DNA from: Tubulanus polymorphus
Lineage: Eukaryota; Animalia; Nemertea
Direction: 5' to 3'
NCBI RefSeq assembly: GCF_964204645.1
Contig: NC_134030.1
Location: 21,102,210 to 21,166,209 of the forward strand
DNA length: 64,000 bases
The position numbers were made by a program, and so were the translations under genes. This document shows, piece after piece, positions 51,263 through 64,000 of this stretch (the first letter of the stretch is position 1; the number at the start of each line of letters is the position of its first letter). The notes under the pieces were generated by a model. That model saw nothing but the letters and a program-made list of their open reading frames with translations. It was not told the DNA's origin and ran no database searches.

Positions 51263-52473
51263 CTACTTATTGAGCAAATATTCGTAATAAATATTCGTAT
51301 TCAAATAATTTCACTGGTAATCGGAAAAATGTATTGATTTGATTAAAAAGACCCGCAATATTTCGGATTTCGCGTGTTGATGTTTCTGGTAGAATGCTTC
51401 CGCCATCTTCGGAGATTTATCGGAAATGAAATTCATGAATTCGAAATCACCCCGTCAGACTTCTATAAGACGTCAAAGAAAGAAGCGATGAATTCTATTT
51501 TTTTGTACAAGATACATGTCATAATTAAAAACACACTTGGATTTTAGGCTGAATAGATTATTATCATTATCATTAAGACCCGTAACAGATTTGATAAGGA
51601 TTAAGTCTATTACACTGACGTTTCAGGTGGAATTTCTTCTTAAGAGATTTATTTCGAACAGAGCTTTTTCACCAAATATGGGTAGAATTCACTGAAATTC
51701 CATCCTCTGTAAATACATAAATCGTAACACGATTGTAAAAAGCTATTCATTCAACTCAACTTGCGTGTTATTCAAAGTCCACCATTCTGGAGTTATTTGA
51801 CTAAGTCGGTATTTAACTGCAGCAATAACGCTACAAAATCATCGTGTAGTGCTTCAAATATGTTCGTTACTAAAAAACATTCACGGTTTTAGAGAAATTC
51901 ACAGAAAAACAATATTTTCTTTTAAAACGAAGTTGTTTTTTTGCGATGAAATTCTCAAATCATTACTTAACTCTTCAAGTATCATTTTGTCCAAACCATT
52001 CATTTTTTGGTAGAAATCACTTTAAAAATTTTAAACATTATCCTATGTATATCTGTGCTATATATTAAGGCGTAGTAATAATACTAAATTTTGTGTAACC
52101 AGCATTTATGTTTGTAAATACAATCCGTTATAATTTTTTCTATGGACCCGGTATCTGAAATAAAGTTTATTAATATCATTATTACAATTATTAATATTAT
52201 TATTATATCTAAAACATTTGCTGCTCATTTTGCAGATTTTGAGTTTTCTTCATTTTTGTATTTTTCAGATATTTGTGTTTTGCGGGTCACACGTTTTGAT
52301 GTCACAGTTTTCCAGATGACCGACGAACTAAAGGTAGGTACTTATTTGAGCTGTCAAACCCGACATGAAAAAACTTTGAAATTTTATTGAAATGGCGAAC
52401 TTATTTTCAATATTCAGCTAAAACCATTTTTATCACTGGTTTGTTAGGGTGGTCTGTAAATGTAAGGAATACA

Positions 52474-52646
52474 TAACCTAACCCTTCCTAGCTCAGCTGG
52501 GATTTGAACCAGGGACCTTGCGTGTGCCACACCCATGAACTAACCACTTGAGCTACTGAACTGTAGTTTGGTTAGTCAGACTGGTCAGTGAGTTCACCAA
52601 TTGTCTGCGTTGACCATCAGTCATGAGTGTTAACTATCAACTAACA
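52474..52646 (-). mobile_element. tRNA-derived (SINE-like) element, copy 2
   Basis: The minus strand has an A box TAGCTCAAGTGG, a B box GGTTCAAATCC and an acceptor-like stem AGTTCAG/CTGAGCT. Confidence 0.75.
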
Positions 52647-53499
52647 ATAACGTGGTAAAACTACGCAATGAATCGCGAGAGACGAATAGAATATTTAAGT
52701 CCCACAATCACAGGATCGAATAAGTTTTAAAAAAAAAATTGAAATTATTAAAATTTATTAAAAACGCGAATTTTTCGGTTTTACACTAAACATCATTTTC
52801 AAGAGTAACGATACTTGATAACTATTGACTAACAATATTCTGGATCCAGTTCCATAGTTCTGAGTTAGATTTAACCATGCAGTTAAAACTTTTAAAATGA
52901 ACTGATTTTAGAGTTTCAAAGGCGAATCTTTTATATTTCCGGTAGGGTAAATTTTCCACCGGAAAAGAGTCTCATAAGAATGCAGAAAAATAGACTTAAA
53001 ATTCTCAAAACACTGACTGACTATACCACCTCATATGTTGATAGTTTTCAAAATATTCTCTACCAGAAAAAAAACCGATCATTTCCTGATTACAACAGAT
53101 TCTTGTCACACCCGATTCTGGGAATTTTCAACAGAATGAGTCTGTTCCATAGTTTCGTTTTCGATAATGAAAAAAAAAAACAACTTCTCATAGCAACAAT
53201 TTGTGCCAAACTTAAAAATAGCTCTGTTCGCTAACAATACCTGCTACAATTCTCAGATTACGAGGGAAAAGTTTCTAAAACCTAATTGCCAGGAATTTTC
53301 AAGGGAAATTACTCTCTTATCCATTCGATAGGGAAATTGTTTTGCAAAAATGCCAGAAAACTAAGGCATGAAAAAAAGAAGTGAAATGCTCTTTTTCTTG
53401 TAAAATAACCTGATGGAGAATAGGAATTTATCGGGACAAGGTAATTTACTCAGGAATAAGGTTATCTAAACCTGGACAGTTTTTCGAACTTGAAGTTCA

Positions 53500-53638
53500 G
53501 GGGCTGGTTCCTCAGTTGAGACTTAAGTCCAAAAATGGTCTTAAATTTCAAGACTGGTCTTAAGTTGTTAGATAAGCTACAGAACTAAGTTGGTCTTAGA
53601 CTGGTCTTAAGTCTAAGCCATGACTATGGAACTGAGCC
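53500..53638 (+). mobile_element. MITE family B, single-unit copy
   Basis: CAG|GGGCTGGTTCCTCAGT ... GACTATGGAACTGAGCC|CAG. Confidence 0.85.
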
Positions 53639-54597
53639 CAGCCTTTTAGATGCAGTTTTACTCGGATGAGCATTAGTTCAGTTCTCTATTATCAGAGGGC
53701 AGCACTGCATTGTATGGAAGCTTCCTCCATCTGACTGATACGAAATTCCCCGATTGATACAAAGAATTTCTTCTCCATTTTTGTGCAATCTTTCGGTTCT
53801 CATGAAAGGAATTGTGAATCTTTTCATCTTTTAATGAGAACATGCAAGAAATTCGAAAAACGGTCGATGAAACGGTGCGGCCCTCGACCAGTAGGTGGCG
53901 AATGGGTGGATATTCGAAAATTTCTTGTGACTTTTTCATTGTGAATCGGAATTTCATATGCCTTAAAACAGATTTTTTTAAAATTTCAACCGAAATCTTT
54001 TACGTTTCCAACAATGTGAATTTTTGATCGAGAATCAATAAGAATCTTATTGAAAAATTCAAATTCAGGATTTTTACCGCACGTTGCTTAGAAATTTTGT
54101 TTGACGATTATGAATTCAAAATTTGAATCTTAAATGTAGACTTAATTAAAATCTTAACCCAAGACTGGTGACGACTGAAATCTATTTATTATCGGAGCAA
54201 TTTTTATTGCGGAAACAAAATTAAAAACGCCAAGAATTTGTGTCAAGTATTGTTTTGATTTTTCCGCCGGCGAGCGGTTGATAGCGTCGAGCTGCACCGC
54301 GACCCTCTTAAATATCTATTAATTCTATTGTTTACCAGTCTCGGCCTCGCCTTTGGGTCATGTGATCGTGCGGGTCATGTGATCGTCGTTCGATTAGCTT
54401 TAGAAACGCGTACAACTCACGACCTTCACCTTCACCTCGTTGATATCTTCTGTTCTGGTGCAGTTCAGATAAAATCGAACTATCAATCGATTTTCAGGTG
54501 GCTCTAATTTTATTTCTTTGAACGCAAAATAAGGAATAAAACAAAAAGTCTAAAATGAAAATGAAATTTTTTGTCGAATTTTCCAGTTTTTGTTTGA

Positions 54598-54741
54598 CCC
54601 TTTCAGTGCGTCTACACCGCAGTGCGGTGTATTGATGTAATTAGTAATTAGTAATTATCTCTCTTGAAAAATGGTGTATTTTTCAAAATTTTAGAATTAT
54701 CTCCAGCACTATAGGGTATTGATTAGTCAGCACTGAAAGGG
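54598..54741 (+). mobile_element. Internally deleted piggyBac-like MITE (5904 family)
   Basis: TTGA|CCCTTTCAGTGCG ... GCACTGAAAGGG|GTAA, sharing TAGTAATTAGTAATTATCTCTCTTGAAAAATGG with the 5904 element. Confidence 0.85.
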
Positions 54742-54859
54742 GTAACCCTTTAAATATTTTTGAATAGACATGAGGTCCTGGTGTCAGATTGTGGAGGTTC
54801 TGTTTGATCAATCGCAATTAATCACTGTTAATTAAAATTATAGGTTAAGCTGGGTCTAG

Positions 54860-54987
54860 GGCCCAGTTTCAAAAAAACTTTAGCTCAAATTTTTGGTGTA
54901 ATTGCTATTGGTTACTTCACATTTTCAATGAGGACAACAATTCAAACTTAATCGTTTTAGGCTAAAGAATTTTTTGGAAACTGGTCC
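54860..54987. mobile_element. Harbinger-like MITE (another family)
   Basis: TAG|GGCCCAGTTTCAAAAAA ... TTTTTTGGAAACTGGTCC|CAG. Confidence 0.7.
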
Positions 54988-55607
54988 CAGGGCTCAGTTT
55001 TCACGGGCACTTTCTAACGGTCCCAAATAGATCCAACTTGAGAGCGGAGTCTACCTACAGTAGTAATGTCTAGTAAGTAGAGTATTAGCGAAATTGTTAG
55101 ATAATATTTCTGGTGGTTTAGGCGATTATGGGTAAGCTGATAGTTGCCGGGTAACCCTTTGAAAAAACCGTGTAAGCAAAAATCATAAGTATGAAGACTT
55201 TGTTACGCGGTGGGTGCTCAAACAATCGGAGCCAGCCAATATCCCCGACTCTCGTGGGTATGATTAGTCAACTCGTAAAAAATGACTTAATACCTGCGGT
55301 CAAACCATATGCCTTTCCAGTACGTAGACTAGGATCCACTAAAGCCGCCTCCCGAGGCGGTCGGCGCGTCGTTCAAAACTTAACTTAAGACTTCGGAAGA
55401 TGTTATGACAGGCGGGATTTCCGAATTAGCATATGGCGTGGATTCTATTGTTGAAATCGTAAGATCCGGTTGCTGTGTTCGTCAGCTTTAGTTTCTATTA
55501 TAGAACCGGGATGGTCTTAAGTCTAAGCTCTGATTGCGCAACTGTACTACTGGTTGCTGGACTTACAGTTGCGCAGACATTATCTAGACATCAGACCAGT
55601 CAGGATA

Positions 55608-55892
55608 ACCACTTAAAACCAGTCTAAGCTCATTTTGGTTCCATAGCCAATCTAACAACTTAAGACCAGTCTCAACTAATTTTTGGTTCTATAACCAATC
55701 TAACAACTTGAGACCAGTCTAAGCTCATTTTGGTTCTATAACCAATCTAACAACTTGAGACCAGTCTAAGCTCATTTTGGTTCTATAACCGATCTAACAG
55801 CTTTAGACCAGTCTAAGGTCAATTTGGTTCTATAGCCAATCTAACAACTTGAGACCGGTCTTAGCTCATTTGGTTCTATGGCAAATCTAACA
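55608..55892 (-). repeat. 47-bp family B array
   Basis: AGACCAGTCTAAGCTCATTTTGGTTCTATAACCAATCTAACAACTT units. Confidence 0.93.
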
Positions 55893-56447
55893 GTGCAACT
55901 TAGGGTCCTGAGATTCAAAATTTGAACAGATAATTGAGAATCAACTGTTCTGACCACCTTAGGACCCTCGGATCCCTCAAGCCTTGTAAACTATTTTTCA
56001 ATTTTAAGCATTATTTATGTAAATGAATTATTAGTTATGAATACAAGAAATCTTTATGATTAATTAAACATCGATTGATTGATACATTTTAGGAGGACAC
56101 CCTGAGCCCTAAGAGCCGTACCTCAGGGGGGAGGGAACATCCTTTATAAGATACAATAATGACTTTATAATATGATAATATAACGAATAATCAGACAAAA
56201 TACAAGTGATAATGAGGATTATTATAAACGTAAAGAAAATAGAAAAGAATGATAAAAATTATTATTATAATAATAATTTACTTGCCGATCTTATTGACGT
56301 CAATGGTTTCAATTCTAAATCTATATTTGTTTATTTCCAAATCATTTTTAACATGACTTTTATAAAGAAAACTATCAATATCACTTTTATCATCTTAGTT
56401 GAATTGAGGAAAAATTGAATATCATATACCATATCATATCATATCAT

Positions 56448-56491
<44 letters not shown>

Positions 56492-57208
56492 CATTACAAC
56501 AGTGTTTCATCTCCACGGGAGGGGTTTCTCTCTCTTACGTCAACAGTACCTGCTGCTGCTGCTTCTGCTGCAATCTCCCAACCAGAGTTCTTTAGGTCAC
56601 TAAAACCATACCTACACGTGTTAAATGTAAATATGCTCATTGCCGCCGCTGGTTAGAACAACTCTCTCCCCCTGACTCTCCAGCGCGCGTGTTCGCTTTA
56701 TTATATTTTATTTTCTCCGTTTATCGAGAAATTCTCCGATTAATTTCCGCGTTGATTAAGCGAAACTGGTAAGTGTTAACAAACCTTTTCTTATATCGAT
56801 TATCTAACGGTCTTAGAGGTTTTTCGTTTTTGAAGGATGATTGGTTTTCAGATGTGATATTTCTGTTTTTATATTCCGTAATTCGGTCGGTTTTAAAACT
56901 GAAAGTTTTGTGAAAAAAATATAAAAAGTGGGTTTTTTGCGCTCGCTTCGAACTCAACAAAGCGATATTGTTGTCTCCGGATCAGAATTCAGGCAAAAAC
57001 TGCAACTCAACGATTTCTTATTATTGTCTTTTTAGTATTTATGGTTTCAGACCAGTTTTGTCATAGACTAGGTTTTAACTTCACTCAAATAGTTGACTTG
57101 AACTTAATAGCGTTATAGTTGAAAAATTGGTATTGATTTCTTTTTCAAATTTGAGATCTATTTTCCGGGTAAAGTTGTTTTTATTTCTTCGTCGTGAATT
57201 CCGATTGT

Positions 57209-57536
57209 GACCAGGTGTCGCTAGTGTGCAGTAGGACATCAACTACTGCGGCAATAGAGGATTCCACTTGTTGCAAGTCAGGATCCACCAGGTGTCACTA
57301 GTGTGCAGTAGAACATCAGCTACTGCGGCAATAGAGGATTCCACTTGCGGCAAGTGAGGATCCACCAGGTGTCGCTAGTGTGCAGTAGGACATCAACTAC
57401 TGCAGCATTAGAGGATTCCACTTGTGGCAAGTGAGGATCCACCAGGTGTCGCTTGCGTGCAGTAGGACATCAACTACTGCGACAATAGAGGATTCCACTT
57501 GTGGCAAGTGAGGATCCACCAGGTGTCGCTAGCAGT
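57209..57536 (-). repeat. 77-bp family E array (~4.3 copies)
   Basis: Reverse-complement units. Confidence 0.95.
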
Positions 57537-58112
57537 AGTTACTCTTCAATTAGTTCCAGATTTAAATTAAAATCGGATCAAATTTTCTTCTCTTTGAGTA
57601 AATCAATTATCAGTGAAAACTATACCAAACACTGACGGTAGAAATGTGTGAATCTTTTCATAATCATATTTGGATTCGCGATTTAAAAATCCAGACCTCA
57701 AAAGTTGAAAATTGAAAACGAACTGATTTTGACTCACAACGCCAGGCGGTGGTCAGATAGTGTATTAGAACTAACCCATTGAGAACAGTTAATTAGTCGA
57801 TGTATCTACGCTCTGTAAGGGGTTCGAATATTCAGTATTCAAATAGCTGTTAATTAAAGATCTGGTAAAAGTACGAGCTATGCTTACATATATCGCTGGT
57901 CAGTGAAACCAACACCTCCTCTCTGACTGATTCAGACTGTCTGTTCTAATCCCTCACTTCTGAATCTCAGTAACACACCTGTCTGATATTACAAATAGTT
58001 ATCATACAGTTGTGAGGGTAAACTCATTCTACAGATCAGATATGTGAAATGTGAGATTGTTGATTCGTATATACGCGATCTATACTAAAACATTTAACCT
58101 TAGCCTTATTGT

Positions 58113-58662
58113 ATTTGGGTTTAATTTGACTCCCAAATCAGTTCCACAATTGTGTGGGTTTAATTTGACTCCCAAATCAGTTCCACAGTTGTGTGGGTTT
58201 AATTTGACTCCCAAATCAGTTCCACAGTTGTGTGGGTTTAATCTGACTCCGAATCCAGCTCCACTGTTGTGTGGGTTTAATTTGACTCCCAAATCAGTTC
58301 CACAATTGTGTGGGTTTAATCTGACTCTGAATCCAGCTCCACTGTTGTGTGGGTTTAATTTTACTCCTAAATCAGTTTTACAATTGTGTGGGTTTAATCT
58401 GACTCTGAATCCAGTTCCACTGTTGTGTGGGTTTAATTTGACTCCCAAATCAGTTCCACAGTTGTGTGGGTTCAATTGGACTGTGGATCCAGTTCCACAG
58501 TTTTTGTGGGTTTATTTTGACTCTGGACCCAGTTCCACAGCTGTGTGGGTTTAATTTGACTCCCAAATCAGTTCCACAGTTGTATGGATTGATTTTGACT
58601 CTTGATCCAGTTTGCACAAGTGTGGATTTAATTGGACTGTGGATCTAGTTCCACAGTTGTGT
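58113..58662 (+). repeat. 39-bp family C array (~14 copies)
   Basis: CAGTTCCACAGTTGTGTGGGTTTAATTTGACTCCCAAAT units. Confidence 0.95.
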
Positions 58663-58953
58663 GTTCCGACCCCCAGCACGTAGCATAAAGGATAATCCGA
58701 CAACTAGAAAAAATGTCAAGCAAGTAAAACTCGGCTCAGCTCAGCGAGTGAGTGAGTGATATGTGGGGCCCTGGTTGAAGATGGAAGGAGAGGTGAATAT
58801 TTTCTAGATAAACACAGATGTCAGAAATCCAATCTTTGCACCCACAATATGTCGTATACCCATACTGCTTTCTGAAAAGACAAGCAAAATGAATCATCAC
58901 AAACAAATTATGTTTATATCATAACCTAACATATTCAGTAAACTATACCATTT

Positions 58954-59518
<565 letters not shown>

Positions 59519-59519
59519 C

Positions 59520-59772
59520 AGTCCACAATCTAGTTACACACACTGTGGAACTCAGTTCAGAATCAAACCCACAACTGTAAAATGCAGTCCAGAATCAAAC
59601 CCACACAACTGTGAAACTGAAATCAGAATCAAACCCACACAACTGCAGAACTGAGTCCAGAATCTAGTTAAACCAACACAACTGTGGAACTGAGTCCAGA
59701 ATCTAGTTAAACCAACACAACTGTGGAACTGAGTCCGGAATCGAACCCTCACAATGAAACTTGGGTTCAGAG
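59520..59772 (-). repeat. 39-bp family C array, inverted relative to 58113-58662
   Basis: AAACCCACACAACTGTGGAACTGAGTCCAGAATC units. Confidence 0.88.
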
Positions 59773-60102
59773 TGAAATCAAATAATTTACTTTGTAGTTC
59801 TTAAACCAAAGTCATAAATTTGGGTAAGAGATATACAAACTAGAAGAGTGCGTCATCCTAGCATTGCGTATACACGTTTAGGTAAACACTGTTTACACAA
59901 AGTTGTTGTTTGTTGTTTGTGCAAATGAAAATGTGTTGAAGAACGCATGGAAAGCTGAAGTGTTGAGTTTAAGTTTCAATTCTTTTTATCAGTCATTAAC
60001 GAGGGGTCATCCGTACGCCTGGGTTCAACATCCGGGTGACTCCTACCAGACTCATGAGTCACGACTCCCGCCCTCGTTCCACAGCTGCGACAAGTGTTAT
60101 AC

Positions 60103-60550
60103 GGTGCTGTGGTACCTGACTGTGATTGAGAGCCTGTTACTGTGGTACCTGGCTGTAATCTCGAATCAGGTGCTGTGGTACCTGACTGTGATTGAGAGCC
60201 TGGTACTGCGGTACCTGGCTGTAACCTGGAATCAGGTGCTGTGGTACCTGACTGTGATTGAGAATCTGGTACTGTGGTACCTGGCTGTAATCTGGAATCA
60301 GGTGCTGCGGTACCTGGCTGTGATCTGGAGTCTAGTGCCACAGTACCTGACTGTAATCTGGAGTCTAGTGCCACGGTACCTGACTGTAATCTGGAGTCTA
60401 GTGCCACGGTACCTGGCTGTAATTGTTAATCAGGTGTTGTGGTACCTGACTGGTATCTCCAGTGGTGCAGTACCTGACTGTTATCTGGAGTCTAGTGCCA
60501 TGGTACCTGACTGTAATCTGGAGTCTAGTGCCACGGTACCTGACTGTAAT
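60103..60550 (+). repeat. 33-bp tandem repeat with 66-bp alternation in the left half
   Basis: GGTACCTG(A/G)CTGT(A/G)AT core every 33 bp. Confidence 0.93.
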
Positions 60551-60959
60551 TCAGCGGTTGGTGCTATGGTAACAATGTCCACGACAATAACCTAAACGAC
60601 GATTATATTTTATGGCATACGTTGTTTTTTTATGAGATAAGCCGGCCTCCCAGCACCCCCCGGTCCCCGAAACCCCCCTGAAGCTACAAAGTGCATTCTC
60701 TCGTAACCGGCAGTCGCCGAGATTTTCTCGTATTTTCGATGATTATTTCGCCGTAATTATCTATAAATCTGTAGTGATATCCGGACTGAGGCCGGATACG
60801 GTCGCTGGTTACGTATTCTATTCTTACCGGCGTGAGAGTTAGCGAATGCTTCCCTGTTCATTCATTCATTCATTCATTGTTTGATTATTTATTGAAATGA
60901 CTTTTCTTCGTAGCCGCTTCAGGCTGAATATTATATTTCTAGATAAGGAGGTTTACGAG

Positions 60960-62025
<1,066 letters not shown>

Positions 62026-62602
62026 CGTCACTTGAAAGACGAATGATTCTAATATTCATCGCTCAGTGTTTTATCGACGTCGCGTCGAAAAGAAACGAAT
62101 CAAATTCCAATTCGGTGGCAATCGATAATTCATCATCGCCGCGAAGACGAAACGAAACCGCGTTTTAGTGCGAACCGAGCGAGCGCGCAGTTTATTACGA
62201 CGCGTTACGATCGTCGGCAATCGCGCGTTCGTAATTGAGAACGAAATAACTAAATGGTCAACGGGAAGTGAGCGCACCTGCTTCCTGTTCGCGAGAGCAG
62301 TAGCAGACGCGGTTCGCGGTATCTCGTTAACGCTGGATACCGCTCTCGTCCGGTCGCCATTGGCAACCGCCCGCCGGATTCGATGATAAGCGCGATATTA
62401 ATAGTAATAAGAAGCGGGTTCGATTTCAGGATAAGACTTTAAGATAAGTCTTTAGTCGTAGTTTTGATCGTATTGAAGAAGTTTGTGATGAAATATTCGC
62501 GGGGTTAGTGCTAGTACTCTAACCGACCGCCAGATGGCGCTGTGAATGAATGACATGTAGGTTTTATGTCAACGTCAAAATCAGATTGTTGCAGTTTTTG
62601 AA

Positions 62603-62965
62603 ATAGAGGATTTCACTTGTGCATTAGTTGATGTCCTACTGCACACTAGCGACACCTGGTGGATCCTCACTTGTTACAAGTGGAATTTCTATTGCCGGAG
62701 TAGTTGATGTCCTACTACGCACTAGCGACACCTGGTGGATTCTCACTTGCCACAAGTGGAATCTTTAATTGCCGCAGTAGTTGATGTCTTACTACGCACT
62801 AGCGACACCTGGTGGATCCTCACTTGCCACAAGTGGAATCCTCTATTGCCGCAGTAGTTGATGTCTTACTACACACTAGCGACACCTGGTGGATTCTCAC
62901 TTGCCACAAGTGGAATCCTTTATTGCTGCAGTAGTTGATGTCCTACTGCACACTGCACACTAGTG
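62603..62965 (+). repeat. 77-bp family E array (~4.5 copies)
   Basis: Same unit as the other family E arrays. Confidence 0.94.
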
Positions 62966-63741
62966 TCACAAAACTTTTTTCAAAATTTGGCCTGACTATA
63001 AAAATCTTTACCAAATTTTAACGTAGGCCAAATCATCCCTGAACACACTCTCATCAGGCATGGGCCTAAATCTTTTCGGGAGGCCCGGTCCGGTACAGTT
63101 CGACCCCGTATTAATAGGCTCCCTGTAGTCGTCGGTTTAATACATGCAAGTAGGAACAAGTTCCGATCAGATATAGACGAGAACAATCAACAACAGCTTA
63201 CGAATTAGATCAACTTCTTATCAGTTGATCCCGTTATTAGATATATTATAGTTGCTATGTATGTGCGAACGTATTTCAAGTATTTGACCTTTGAGCCTCC
63301 CTTCTTGTTCTCTCTCTTTCTCTCTCTCTCTCTCTTTCTTCTTCCTGCGCGTGTATATATATGTATGTATATATATAGTATGTATGGAAAGTTGAGATAA
63401 GTCTTTGAAGGGTCATCAGATCTGATATCATTCCGCGTATGGCACATGAACAGCTTTAGTTTTATTACGCAGCTAGGAAATGATAAACAGTTCATGGATA
63501 CAATCACCCATTATTACTACTTCGTTAAGATCGTAGAGTAATTAGTTAATTGAATTAGATACGAATTGGCTGTTTAGACTTGGGTAAGTTTGATTTGCGA
63601 AATCATTTTTTTTTATCAACTTGCGGTTGCATCGTCATGGCTTAAATGATTTAAGACCGGTCTTAGCTTATTTAGGTTCCGCGGCCAGTCCATCAACTTC
63701 GCAGATCTGCCTAAGCAGATTTAAGATCGTTAGCCCTTCTT

Positions 63742-64000
63742 AACAACTTAAGACCAGTCTAAGCTCATTCTGGTTCTATAATCAATCTAACAACTTAAGA
63801 CCAGTCTAAGCTCATTTTGGTTCTATGACGAATCTAACAACTTAAGACCAGTCTAAGCTCATTTTGGTTCTATAACCAATCTAACAACTTAAGACCAGTC
63901 TAAGCTCATTTTGGTTCTATAACCAATCTAACAACTTAAGACCAGTCTAAGCTCATTTTGGTTCTATGACCAATCTAACAGCTTAAGACCAGTCTTGGCT
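63742..64000 (-). repeat. 47-bp family B array running to the window end
   Basis: AACAACTTAAGACCAGTCTAAGCTCATTTTGGTTCTATAACCAATCT units. Confidence 0.95.

Noticed and set aside
52490-52565. Possible functional tRNA gene (also 13165-13237)
   Set aside because: The T-arm and anticodon arm pair poorly and the two copies differ in the anticodon region, so I treat them as tRNA-derived repeats.
59903-60595. 230-aa hydrophobic repeat ORF
   Set aside because: It is produced by a 33-bp tandem repeat that is open on both strands, starts at a non-ATG codon and has no recognisable domain.

Overview
This is eukaryotic (metazoan, probably invertebrate) non-coding DNA, most likely a long intron or intergenic region. 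I cannot support any intact protein-coding gene. The long ORFs are artefacts of microsatellites, low-complexity tracts and tandem repeats, and the short ORFs in unique DNA have no recognisable motif. The window alternates short CpG-rich unique blocks with repeats. These include MITEs of several DNA-transposon superfamilies: PIF/Harbinger-like with CWG target duplications, piggyBac-like with TTAA, Tc1/pogo-like with TA, and hAT-like with CAGGG ends. It also holds LINE 3' fragments, two tRNA-headed elements, a Penelope-like fold-back insertion with a decayed hammerhead motif, and more than 15 dispersed minisatellite families. The best observations are four. (1) At least five minisatellite families can be traced, within this window, to the termini or interiors of MITEs. 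(2) A 71-bp tandem array carries six near-consensus CTCF motifs, and a 77-bp three-hairpin repeat carries a CTCF-like motif in five arrays. (3) A fold-back insertion with a 12-bp target duplication contains a hammerhead-like loop. (4) RFX X-box motifs recur in the unique blocks. All of this comes from reading by eye, array boundaries are approximate, and none of it establishes a new biological system.
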